Below are positions 15,772 through 24,129 of a stretch of 64,000 bases of DNA, piece after piece. Source of the stretch: a virus. Every line of letters starts with the position of its first letter. Position 1 is the first letter of the stretch. The translations under genes and the position numbers were made by a program. The stretch lies in IMG/VR virus record IMGVR_UViG_3300050119_000091, positions 2,780-66,779 of that record. One strand, given 5' to 3'. Under the pieces are notes generated by a model. The model did not search any database. It was not told the DNA's origin and was given only the letters and a program-made list of their open reading frames with translations.

Positions 15772-16626
15772 TTAGTCCTCTGGTGGTTGTAGCGGTTGAA
15801 TTACTTGGTATTTCGATTTTTGGTCTTCGGTTGGAGTGCGACCGTTTGCTTGTGGTTTGCGTGGGGGGCGTTTCCATGCGCCGTTTTCCAAATACTTCGG
15901 GAGCCTGGTAACAAATCTGCAATCCTCGCCCGCTTCGATTCTGGCCTGTAGTCTTTTTGTGGCATCGAGTTTCTGTTCAAAGTCGAATTTCTTCCAACTG
16001 AACATCCACGCCTGACTCAGGTCTTCTTCGATCAGGTCACTTCCCCAGAACCGAGTAGCCGCAAGCACGAAGTGCGAGAAGGACTCATCGGATTTGTAGT
16101 TTCCGTAAGTGCCGTTCTTAGATTCTTCTGTTTTAAGAGATCTACCGTTTACAGAAGATTCTTCAGATATAGAAGAAGAATAAGATTTAGATCGCGCATC
16201 GCGCGCGAGAGGTGTGACGCCTTGTGACGCATCGTGACGCGATGTGACGCCATGTGACGCGGAGTCTCTCTCTCTTTTTTCCTGCATCCTTAAAGTTGAA
16301 GACGGTTGTCGTTTATCGAAATTTGTCAACAAGTTACCAGAAATCATCTTGCGCCACCTGAAGCCGTCAATGACGGTCTCCACGTCTTTATCCGGCAATC
16401 CAGTGGCGACGGAGATGTGGTCAATTTGGACGCCCTCAATGGAACCGCGCGGACTACTTTGGGAGGCGAAATCCAGCAACCAGACCCAAATTGCAGCCAC
16501 GTCCGATAGTCGTATTTCAAGTGACTCAGGGTGACGCGATGTGACGCGATGTGACGCGATGTGACGCAGGACGACTTGATACTTAGGGTCTGTTGCGATG
16601 CCATGATAGGCTCTCCACCAGTCCAT
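15772..16626 (-). CDS. Replication initiator (lambda O-like/replisome organizer)
   Basis: MDWWRAYHG..DPK N-terminus, NFDKRQ, internal iterons, adjacent to dnaB. Confidence 0.75.
   Translation of the reverse strand: MDWWRAYHGIATDPKYQVVLRHIASHRVTSRHPESLEIRLSDVAAIWVWLLDFASQSSPRGSIEGVQIDHISVATGLPDKDVETVIDGFRWRKMISGNLLTNFDKRQPSSTLRMQEKRERDSASHGVTSRHDASQGVTPLARDARSKSYSSSISEESSVNGRSLKTEESKNGTYGNYKSDESFSHFVLAATRFWGSDLIEEDLSQAWMFSWKKFDFEQKLDATKRLQARIEAGEDCRFVTRLPKYLENGAWKRPPRKPQANGRTPTEDQKSKYQVIQPLQPPED
16214..16260. repeat. Iteron array 1: five GTGACGC at 10-bp period (likely origin)
   Basis: Copies at 16214, 16224, 16234, 16244, 16254; AT-rich tract at ~16117-16190. Confidence 0.75.
16531..16567. 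repeat. Iteron array 2: GTGACGCGAT x3 plus GTGACGC
   Basis: Tandem 10-mer inside the initiator gene. Confidence 0.7.
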
Positions 16627-16887
16627 TCAGTGACCGCCTTGGGATTCAAATTTTCGGATTGCTTCGATTATGTCGGAAACCAAAACCCGCTCAGGCTCAG
16701 TGAGTTGGAAAATATTAAACGAGCCGCTGATTATAATTTTCTGGTCGCAGGAAAGCGCGACTTCGCGATGATGTTCTAAATAGTCTTCCACTTCCACCTC
16801 GGATGGGGAGCCAGGCCGGTCCGGGTCCGAGGTTCCGAATCCGGCCCGTGGAAAGGCTTCCGCGCGTCGGGGGATCAATCCCGACAC
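16627..16887 (-). CDS. hypothetical protein
   Basis: Abuts the initiator start; TGgTAAAAT just upstream. Confidence 0.5.
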   Translation of the reverse strand: MSGLIPRRAEAFPRAGFGTSDPDRPGSPSEVEVEDYLEHHREVALSCDQKIIISGSFNIFQLTEPERVLVSDIIEAIRKFESQGGH

Positions 16888-17021
16888 AGTTATTTTACCA
16901 CAAGCAATCGACTTGCCAATGTATCACGTTTCTGGTTTACCCAATAAAACCGCTTTGTTTCCCACATAGGGTATCGACGTGCTTGATTGATTCTGGCTCA
17001 AATAGCCAAGGAGAAAACATC

Positions 17022-17141
17022 ATGACATTGAATCCGACCGAAACCGCACGCCTGGGAGTTCTGAACGCAAAGCCGGTGCCGCAACAGACCCAGCCCGAAA
17101 AGAACGAACTCGCGGCGCTGGTTGCAAAGCAGAACAGGTAA
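17022..17141 (+). CDS. small hypothetical protein
   Basis: AAGGAG RBS then MTLNPTETARL. Confidence 0.55.
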   Translation: MTLNPTETARLGVLNAKPVPQQTQPEKNELAALVAKQNR

Positions 17142-17206
17142 AATCCGTCAGGATGTCCCGGCTGGTAATTCGGCCAGTCGGTAACGTGGTTAAGGAGACT
17201 TGGAAA

Positions 17207-17359
17207 ATGATAACTCTGATACTTCTGGTTTTCGGTTTTGTGCTCTTCGTGTTGGCTGGTTTCGGGGTGCCGACCGCGCCACGATTCAATCTTTTAGGTT
17301 TTGGTCTAGCTTGTTGCGCACTAGCGGAGATTCTGTCCAGGACGCCCCTGTTACGGTAA
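17207..17359 (+). CDS. small two-TM membrane protein
   Basis: TAAGGAG upstream; two hydrophobic segments. Confidence 0.6.
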   Translation: MITLILLVFGFVLFVLAGFGVPTAPRFNLLGFGLACCALAEILSRTPLLR

Positions 17360-17431
17360 GTTCGCAAACTCTCCGTGGCCCACTGAGGTACTATTTGTTT
17401 CGTTGGGGTCCAGCGTGCCTAAGTTGTCGGT

Positions 17432-17833
17432 ATGCTACGCTTTATCAACAAGCTAATGGCCCCAGACCAATACCATCACCTCGTCCAGAAATTAAACAAT
17501 TTCAATGCGATGTTTCCGAGTACTGGGGTATCGGTCTCGGTGCTGGCTGTTATGGCAACTGGAACAGTGGCCACGCTGGTGCAGGCCACAACCCCGGCAG
17601 CGGATATTTCATGGGTCGAGCACCTGACATTGGAAGGGGCACTAGTCGTCGCGGTCGGGGTTCTATGGCGCGCACTTTCTACGGAAAGGGCGCAGAACAT
17701 CAAAAGCACCGAAGCGGTAACGGCGGCGCTGGTATCGTCCACTGCGTCAAGCGCTGAACTTCGGGCTTCAAACGCGGAGCTTCGGGCAACTATCGAACAC
17801 CTGAGAGAATTAGTGAGTGACGCGCGGCGCTGA
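17432..17833 (+). CDS. membrane protein with C-terminal coiled coil (holin-like)
   Basis: Hydrophobic segments then AELRASNAELRATIEHL. Confidence 0.55.
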   Translation: MLRFINKLMAPDQYHHLVQKLNNFNAMFPSTGVSVSVLAVMATGTVATLVQATTPAADISWVEHLTLEGALVVAVGVLWRALSTERAQNIKSTEAVTAALVSSTASSAELRASNAELRATIEHLRELVSDARR

Positions 17834-17837
17834 AAGG

Positions 17838-18671
17838 CTATCGCTTCCGTGGGCGGATCTGATTTCCCTCAAAATCCTCATTAAACTTTAGAAGATTGAT
17901 GTGTCTTTGTGTTGGGTCATATGACCTGTTGATCGCTTCGGCGCGGAGCACTTCAACCGGCTTTCCCGCTACGACTGAGGGGTAGTCCCGGTAGGCGTTG
18001 CCAACTGCGGCCCAAACAGAATCTTTCATATTTCCAAAAGTTATAACGTCTTCGGGGTTTTTCGGATCGAAGCCAAGCCCAGGAATCGTCGAGATCAAAT
18101 TCGGGCACTCTTCCGAGATCAAAAGCAGCGGAGTGCTTCGCGGGTTTACGGTCGCCTCAACGGGATTCACGGGCGGATTTTCGCCGCGAATCACGAGACT
18201 CTGGCGCAACCCGTCAAACACCATGCGCGCAGTCGCGATTCGGGAATTTGGGCCGTCGTCCGTTTGACGCAACTTCGGTATCCCGGCAGGTACCGTCACT
18301 TCGTCGATCAGATTATGAATCGCCCGCATTGATCCGTGACCTTGCGCAAACACCGCGTTCCCGCCATAGAATCGACTCAGGTGCGTTCGTTCCGGCTTCG
18401 GCGTGGCATCGACTATCATTCGTGCCAGTTCGTGCTCTGGCGTCAGTTCTTTGACTAATTCGCGGTAGAAAATAATCAGGTCGAGTGGGTATGTGACGTT
18501 CGCGCCTAAAATCGTTTGCGCTTCGCGTGCGGTGATCTGACCGTGGCAGGCCCACAAGCAGCAGGCGTGCGACCTGAAGCCCCAATGCAAGGCGCTCCAG
18601 GTGGTCCACCAGTTTCGCGTGAGGCGGTCGATATCCTTCACGGCGACTTCGGTTGATAGTGAGGTGTTCAT
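17838..18671 (-). CDS. Terminase large subunit C-terminal (RNase H-like) domain as a separate ORF, catalytic acids apparently lost
   Basis: WSALHWGF, IIFYREL, LLISEECPNLISTIP..DPKNPEDV; ATGA overlap with the ATPase ORF. Confidence 0.7.
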   Translation of the reverse strand: MNTSLSTEVAVKDIDRLTRNWWTTWSALHWGFRSHACCLWACHGQITAREAQTILGANVTYPLDLIIFYRELVKELTPEHELARMIVDATPKPERTHLSRFYGGNAVFAQGHGSMRAIHNLIDEVTVPAGIPKLRQTDDGPNSRIATARMVFDGLRQSLVIRGENPPVNPVEATVNPRSTPLLLISEECPNLISTIPGLGFDPKNPEDVITFGNMKDSVWAAVGNAYRDYPSVVAGKPVEVLRAEAINRSYDPTQRHINLLKFNEDFEGNQIRPRKR

Positions 18672-19708
18672 CGCAGCACCACGCGCTTCTGGTCCCATGC
18701 ACCGCTGAAATATTGTCCTGCGAACTGGTCGAAACGCCCAAATAATTCGCCCATGCGGATGTTATCCGGCTTCGCCCACATCTTTTTCCCTTCTGATGTT
18801 TTAGTAACGAATATTTTGAAGCGCTGGTGATCGTCGATTGAGTCGAGCCACGCTCTGTTGTAAATTCCAGATGGACACGGCGGCAAATCCCCAGGGAGCG
18901 AGTAGAAAAATTCTTTTGTTAACGGAACCCCGTCCAGTATGATGTTTTCGTTAGCGTGCCAGCCGTGCCAGTTGTCCCACCCAAAACCCTGTAAAAATGC
19001 ATAATCACCCGGCACTTCCCGTTCAAGGTCGTAGTCTTTTTTGAAAAATACGCGCTCATGCCAATCCGATCCCGGCCCCCCGGGATTGAATCCGTAGGCG
19101 GTTTTAGCGCCACCAGGTCCAGCAGCGGGCCATCTATTTGGCGTGTGAAGTTCCTCTAATTCTTCCGGCGTGAACCCCTCGGACTGGTCGATCATCACCA
19201 GGAAAATATTCGGGCCGCGCGTGAATCTGCGAAGGTCTTTGAATGTATCGCCGTACCCGAACGCGATGCGCGGGTATCCCATTCCAATAGGGAATGAGAA
19301 ATCTTTTGTCCGACCGTCCCACCAGTCCATCATCGGAAGGTGTTCGCGTTCCCATTCCTGGAGATGGTTTTTTTCGCAATCCCCCCAAACTTGACGGACA
19401 ATGTAGATCACGATCCCTGGTAGGTATTGCGCAACCTCGGACGCAACCACCAGTGCGGCATCGCGAAGCCCGCGCGACTTGGCCGCTCCGCGACTGCCAC
19501 CGTACCCCCACCGGACTGGAATATCAGGGCCGCGAGCCAGTAACCCGTCAATCAGGATTCGTTGCTTGGGTTGCGGGTCAACGCGAAAAATAACCGCATC
19601 GCATTTGCACGAAAGTCGTTCGTGATCGGTTGGCTCCTTGCATATAGCACAACGCCCGAAGTAGTCAGTCGTAAAGCCGCGCGAATCAGCAGCAGAAGAT
19701 CTAGCCAA
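18668..19708 (-). CDS. terL: Terminase large subunit ATPase domain
   Basis: PQPKQ, YGGSRGAAKS, VMIDQSE, FNPGGPG, WDN, GRFDQFAGQYF; probable TTG start at 19708 (frame open to 19951). Confidence 0.85.
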   Translation of the reverse strand: MARSSAADSRGFTTDYFGRCAICKEPTDHERLSCKCDAVIFRVDPQPKQRILIDGLLARGPDIPVRWGYGGSRGAAKSRGLRDAALVVASEVAQYLPGIVIYIVRQVWGDCEKNHLQEWEREHLPMMDWWDGRTKDFSFPIGMGYPRIAFGYGDTFKDLRRFTRGPNIFLVMIDQSEGFTPEELEELHTPNRWPAAGPGGAKTAYGFNPGGPGSDWHERVFFKKDYDLEREVPGDYAFLQGFGWDNWHGWHANENIILDGVPLTKEFFYSLPGDLPPCPSGIYNRAWLDSIDDHQRFKIFVTKTSEGKKMWAKPDNIRMGELFGRFDQFAGQYFSGAWDQKRVVLR

Positions 19709-19805
19709 TGGATACCTGCGAGTAAAATGAGATAATATAAAAAGAGGCCCCGTGCTGCGGAAACAGCAACGAGGCCAGCAGGGAGCGCCAATGGAGGGCG
19801 CAACG

Positions 19806-20384
19806 ATGCGACTTAAGTATAGGCCAATACCTACATTCACCGAATCTGAAATAGCCGCATTCTGGTCTTTGGTTGACAAAAGAGGCCCAAAAGAATGTTG
19901 GCCGTGGATCGGGCGACGACACACTCGCGGATATGGATTTTTCGACGCCAATAAAAACTATCGATCCTTGAGGTCCACCAGGGTTCTTATTAAAATCGTC
20001 ACAGGGAGTGACCCTGGAAATAACGAGGCTTGCCACTCGTGCGACTATCCGCCATGCTGCAATCCAGACCATGTGTTTGCGGGAACACACACGGATAACA
20101 TGGCGGATATGAGTGCCAAGGGAAGGGCAAATGTCCGACGTGGAAAGGACCATCATTTTTATGGCCGTCCCGACCTTATGCCCGCTCACAGCGGGTGGCA
20201 TCCAGCTATCGACCTGGCCGGGGAGAAACACCCGCGATCTAAACTTACGGCGGACGATGTGCGAAAGATTCGCGAGATGGGCGATCAAGGGACCGTGATC
20301 CATGCAGAGATGGCCCGCATGTTCAAGGTGTCGCATAAACTCATCGTCAACGTACTTTTGCGCAGGACATGGGAGCACATTTGA
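19806..20384 (+). CDS. HNH homing endonuclease (HNH_3-type) with C-terminal HTH
   Basis: FWSLVDK..ECWPW, ACHSCDYPPCCNPDHVFAGTHTDNMADM, GEKHPRSKLT; GGAGG RBS. Confidence 0.9.
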   Translation: MRLKYRPIPTFTESEIAAFWSLVDKRGPKECWPWIGRRHTRGYGFFDANKNYRSLRSTRVLIKIVTGSDPGNNEACHSCDYPPCCNPDHVFAGTHTDNMADMSAKGRANVRRGKDHHFYGRPDLMPAHSGWHPAIDLAGEKHPRSKLTADDVRKIREMGDQGTVIHAEMARMFKVSHKLIVNVLLRRTWEHI

Positions 20385-20443
20385 AACTCTTGCCATTCAG
20401 TACTTCAGTTTAACGTGCGGTCTTGTAGTACAATTCCACACAG

Positions 20444-20869
20444 ATGCAATCGGCTTACTTTTTAATCTGGTGCGGGATAGCGGTTTTGATTGTCGGGTTC
20501 GGCGTTCTCGCCTATTGTGTGATTCAGTTGCGGCATGGCGCGGACGCAACAAGCGAACGTATCGACCGCGTTCTGGCGCAATTTCTGGCGGCACAAACCT
20601 GCCAGGGAACGATTGATTCCAATTTTGAAACCAGAATTACCAGTCTGCAGTCATGGGCGTCTTCGTGGGTTACGTTTCAGGAGAAAATCGCAAAATCACA
20701 TGACGCCAAAGTCGATGAACTTAATAAGCGCCTGATTGAACTCGAAACCGAAAACAAAACCACGCCTCCCAAAAAGCATGACGACGATGATCCACTTGGA
20801 GGCCCGCGCTCATGGAACGCGCAAGCAATGGCGGCATCGCGCGGTGAAGGGGTAGAATACATTGGCTAA
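20444..20869 (+). CDS. membrane-anchored coiled-coil protein
   Basis: N-terminal TM, heptad region. Confidence 0.6.
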   Translation: MQSAYFLIWCGIAVLIVGFGVLAYCVIQLRHGADATSERIDRVLAQFLAAQTCQGTIDSNFETRITSLQSWASSWVTFQEKIAKSHDAKVDELNKRLIELETENKTTPPKKHDDDDPLGGPRSWNAQAMAASRGEGVEYIG

Positions 20870-21341
20870 TTTCGGACAGAGGCCACCGCGTCCAGGAGAT
20901 GAACCACCGCCCCGCAGACAGTTGACGCCCGAAGAAATTCGCGTTCGCGAAACATTTAATCGGGCCGATCACCTGGCTGGCGTAAAGCCGCAACCCGCGC
21001 AGTCTTCTACGATGGAGGTAAAGGTTTTCGACGAAGCGGCAATACGGGCGGCACTATCTCAAGATGGCCTTGATTTCGCGTACCAGATTTTCCCCATTGG
21101 AGAAAAACCAGCGGACGCAACCGGGCGCTCCGCGAATCGCGAAGCTCGAATCACGGAACTCGAAAATGAGCAACCGAAATTCCGAAAACGCGCCACGGAT
21201 GCCGAAGCAATCACCGCTGCCGCCGTGCGCGAAGTTGCGGACCTGAAAAAGGAAATCGAAAACCTCAACGTGGCTAATGCTACACTTCTGAGTGAATTGG
21301 AAAAACTGAAGTCCGCACCCCCAGTGCAGGAGGCCGTTTAA
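20862..21341 (+). CDS. coiled-coil hypothetical protein
   Basis: Tiling, heptads. Confidence 0.6.
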   Translation: MANFGQRPPRPGDEPPPRRQLTPEEIRVRETFNRADHLAGVKPQPAQSSTMEVKVFDEAAIRAALSQDGLDFAYQIFPIGEKPADATGRSANREARITELENEQPKFRKRATDAEAITAAAVREVADLKKEIENLNVANATLLSELEKLKSAPPVQEAV

Positions 21342-21342
21342 T

Positions 21343-21813
21343 ATGGCAGGATTTTTGAAGGGTGGCCCTCGGCCTGGTTCGGCTCCGCCAAAAGGCGTAC
21401 ACGGATTCATGTCGCACTCCAGTTCCAATATGCCGATGCCGCCGCATACGCCGCAACTTCCAATAGCACCGCACGGCGGCGGGGATGGCAAGCAGACCAC
21501 AATTACTCACCACCCGGACGGATCGCACGAAGTCCAGCACGCGGACGGAGAAACATCAAAGCATCCGAACGCTGGACACATGGCGGCGCACATGCACGCG
21601 AAACACGCGGGCGGCGAAGTCGGAAACATGCACTCCGATGGCGGGGCAGTGACTACCCATAACGTCGGGCCTGATGGCGAAGTAAATGGACCTACGGAAT
21701 ACGCAAGCCCCGAAGAGGGCGCAAATCATCTGGCGATGGCGATGAACGGCAATGACGGTGAAATGCCGATGGCCGAAGAGCCGGATGGCGATGAAGGTGA
21801 ATCGTACGGTTAA
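21343..21813 (+). CDS. His/Met/Gly-rich low-complexity protein
   Basis: GGAGG RBS; THHPDGSHEVQH, HMAAHMHAKH; acidic tail. Confidence 0.7.
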   Translation: MAGFLKGGPRPGSAPPKGVHGFMSHSSSNMPMPPHTPQLPIAPHGGGDGKQTTITHHPDGSHEVQHADGETSKHPNAGHMAAHMHAKHAGGEVGNMHSDGGAVTTHNVGPDGEVNGPTEYASPEEGANHLAMAMNGNDGEMPMAEEPDGDEGESYG

Positions 21814-21877
21814 GCAGGATACAATTTCAAACGAACCGGGCTTTCCGCAAGGTAGACCGCAACAAGGAGAATAAAAC

Positions 21878-23389
21878 ATGTCGTTGATCTCAACTTTCGC
21901 GGGAACCTACTCGGCTCTCGATTACGCCTTCGGAACGGCTCAGTCCGTCGCTCCGAGTGGCTTACAGGTAGTCACGGGGAATACCGCCGTTGGCGTCGGG
22001 ACGATTACGATTGCAACCCCGATCACAACCACGCAGGGCGGTACTCCGTTCAGTCCGATTGCGATTGGATCGGTGCTCACCATCGGCAATGCGGCGAACG
22101 CCGAAACCGTAACCGTTACCGGCGTCGGGATTCCGTCGCTGGCTGGGTTTGCGCCCGATACCGGGTCGATCACCGTAACGGCAACATTTGCCAATCTTCA
22201 CGGACCGCAGGAAAACGTCCTCTCTGCGACGTACGGCCTTCAGGAGGCCATCAACGTAGCCTCTCAGGCTGGCGGCGGCAGCGTAGCTGTTTACCCGGCA
22301 TGGTACAAGGCGGGCGGCACGGCGGCGATGGTTGCGGCGGCCACTGTCCCAACTTCGTTGGTGAATACATCGGCTGGCTATTCCGGCGTCGTGCGTATTG
22401 TTGACGCGCAGACCCTCCAGTCTTATACCTACGGCCCCAGATCGGTTACTGTCGTGGCGGCTCCATCGGCGGCCACTTCTGCCACTGTGGCATCTACCAC
22501 GGCGGCTGGCACTTGGACCGCGATCACGATTCACGTTCTGTTTACTTACGTGACGCCCGACGGTGGCGAATCCCTGGCATCGTCGGACTACAGCTTCACT
22601 GCCACTGTCAGCGAGGCAATCGGCGGCACTGGTCCGGCGGCTTCCACTGGCGCGGTTGGATATCGCGTTTACATGGGTGCGAACGCCACGACAACCTGCT
22701 ACCTGTCTCCCGTAACGGCCGCGAACGGCACTCCGATTCAGTGCGGCCCTATCGCGGCATTCAAAATCGGCACCAGCTTCTCAGTGGCCACTGCCAATGT
22801 AGCGGCGGCACTTATTCCGGTTCAGTCCAGCGCATTCCCTGCTGGATTCCAGCCCGCCACCGCTGGCTTGCTCGGCGGCAATATCGTCGAGGGTCCGTTT
22901 GCTGTCACTGGCGTGGTTACGGCTGGCACGGCCATCGAAGGCGCGATTTTCCAGCTTCCCGCCGCCTACCTAAATCGCGTTAACAAAGCATTCCGCCTCA
23001 CGGTACAGGGTATCTTTACCCCCGTATCGACAGCTACCCTGATCGTTTCAGTCGCTGTCGGATCCGTGTATAACGGAACCGAAACCACGATTTACACGAC
23101 AACCAGCGCGGCCACAACTGGCACCACGGCGTCTGACTTCTTGCTTCAGGTGATTCTGCGAACTGCGCTTATCGGGGCCACTGGAACCGTCGAAGCGCAC
23201 GGATTCACAATCGGCGCATCCACCACAGCGACAGCCAATATCGCAGCCGTCAACATCGACAACGCGCAGGCCGCTTCCAGCGCCGTTGATCTGACAGGTC
23301 AGGGTTACATCCGGGTACTCATCAACTCTGGCACCGCGAACCTGACTCAATCCCAGATCCGAACGGTACTTCTCGAACCGCTGAACTAG
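21878..23389 (+). CDS. virion structural protein (A/T/G-rich, beta-rich)
   Basis: AAGGAG RBS, composition, followed by a hairpin. Confidence 0.7.
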   Translation: MSLISTFAGTYSALDYAFGTAQSVAPSGLQVVTGNTAVGVGTITIATPITTTQGGTPFSPIAIGSVLTIGNAANAETVTVTGVGIPSLAGFAPDTGSITVTATFANLHGPQENVLSATYGLQEAINVASQAGGGSVAVYPAWYKAGGTAAMVAAATVPTSLVNTSAGYSGVVRIVDAQTLQSYTYGPRSVTVVAAPSAATSATVASTTAAGTWTAITIHVLFTYVTPDGGESLASSDYSFTATVSEAIGGTGPAASTGAVGYRVYMGANATTTCYLSPVTAANGTPIQCGPIAAFKIGTSFSVATANVAAALIPVQSSAFPAGFQPATAGLLGGNIVEGPFAVTGVVTAGTAIEGAIFQLPAAYLNRVNKAFRLTVQGIFTPVSTATLIVSVAVGSVYNGTETTIYTTTSAATTGTTASDFLLQVILRTALIGATGTVEAHGFTIGASTTATANIAAVNIDNAQAASSAVDLTGQGYIRVLINSGTANLTQSQIRTVLLEPLN

Positions 23390-23414
23390 TAACGGAGTCT
23401 CTCCAGGGACGCAT

Positions 23415-23458
23415 CCATTACAGGCCGCTTACTCTATCGGGTATGCGGCCTGTAGTGG
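23415..23458 (+). terminator. stem-loop after the structural gene
   Basis: CCATTACAGGCCGC / GCGGCCTGTAGTGG arms; weak U tract. Confidence 0.5.
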
Positions 23459-23476
23459 TTAAAAGAGGGAAATCAG

Positions 23477-23650
23477 ATGGCGAAACAATGGCTGCAATCC
23501 GCAATCAAGAGACCCGGAAAATTGACCGCCGAAGCGCAAGCCAGCGGGCGATCTAAACTCCAACAGGCCGAAGTCGATTCCCACTCACCGGACCCGTCGA
23601 AGCGGTCACGCGGTGCGCTCGGAATTCGACTCATCAAAAAAACGATATGA
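23477..23650 (+). CDS. small basic phage protein (not in track)
   Basis: MAKQWLQSAIKRPGKL...RGALGIRLIKKTI; GAGG RBS; ATGA overlap with the next ORF. Confidence 0.7.
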   Translation: MAKQWLQSAIKRPGKLTAEAQASGRSKLQQAEVDSHSPDPSKRSRGALGIRLIKKTI

Positions 23651-24129
23651 CCCACGAAGCGATGTCGGAAAAAGATCGACATGAGTGGCTGGATTCTCAA
23701 ATCCGCAAAGGCGGTGCTGTATTCTGCCCGTGGTGCTCGGGATTGAATCGTCCCGGCGAAGAATCAAATCCATGCTGCCAGCCGTTCGCGTTTGCGGTTC
23801 AGGAGCGCGCCGCTGGATTGATGAGTAACTTCGCTAACCAGTACACCGCCGTCGAAGTTGGTATGTCTTCGTCGATCACATGCCCGTGGTGTCACGAAGT
23901 AAATCGAGCGCCCGCGCCAGAACATCCCGCAGATTGGAAGCGGCCAAATTCATCGCCATTCTGCTGCTCGATTTTCGATCACGCGCTCGCAGCGCACCTG
24001 GAAGTAAAGCGCGTTAAGTGGCTGGTTCGTATGGCCGATAAGATCGCAGAGAATCTGGACAAGGGCATTAGCGTGCCAGTGGCTCAGGCGTGCGGAATGC
24101 AGTTGCCCACAACAGGAACCGTCAATTGA
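23647..24129 (+). CDS. Cys-rich protein with duplicated CPWC..N..CC module
   Basis: FCPWCSGLNR..PCC and TCPWCHEVNR..FCC. Confidence 0.65.
   Translation: MTHEAMSEKDRHEWLDSQIRKGGAVFCPWCSGLNRPGEESNPCCQPFAFAVQERAAGLMSNFANQYTAVEVGMSSSITCPWCHEVNRAPAPEHPADWKRPNSSPFCCSIFDHALAAHLEVKRVKWLVRMADKIAENLDKGISVPVAQACGMQLPTTGTVN

Noticed and set aside
19701-20396. HNH inserted inside terL, or a minus-strand 231-aa ORF as the TerL N-terminus
   Set aside because: It is the antisense shadow of the HNH; all TerL motifs lie downstream of a plausible TTG at 19708
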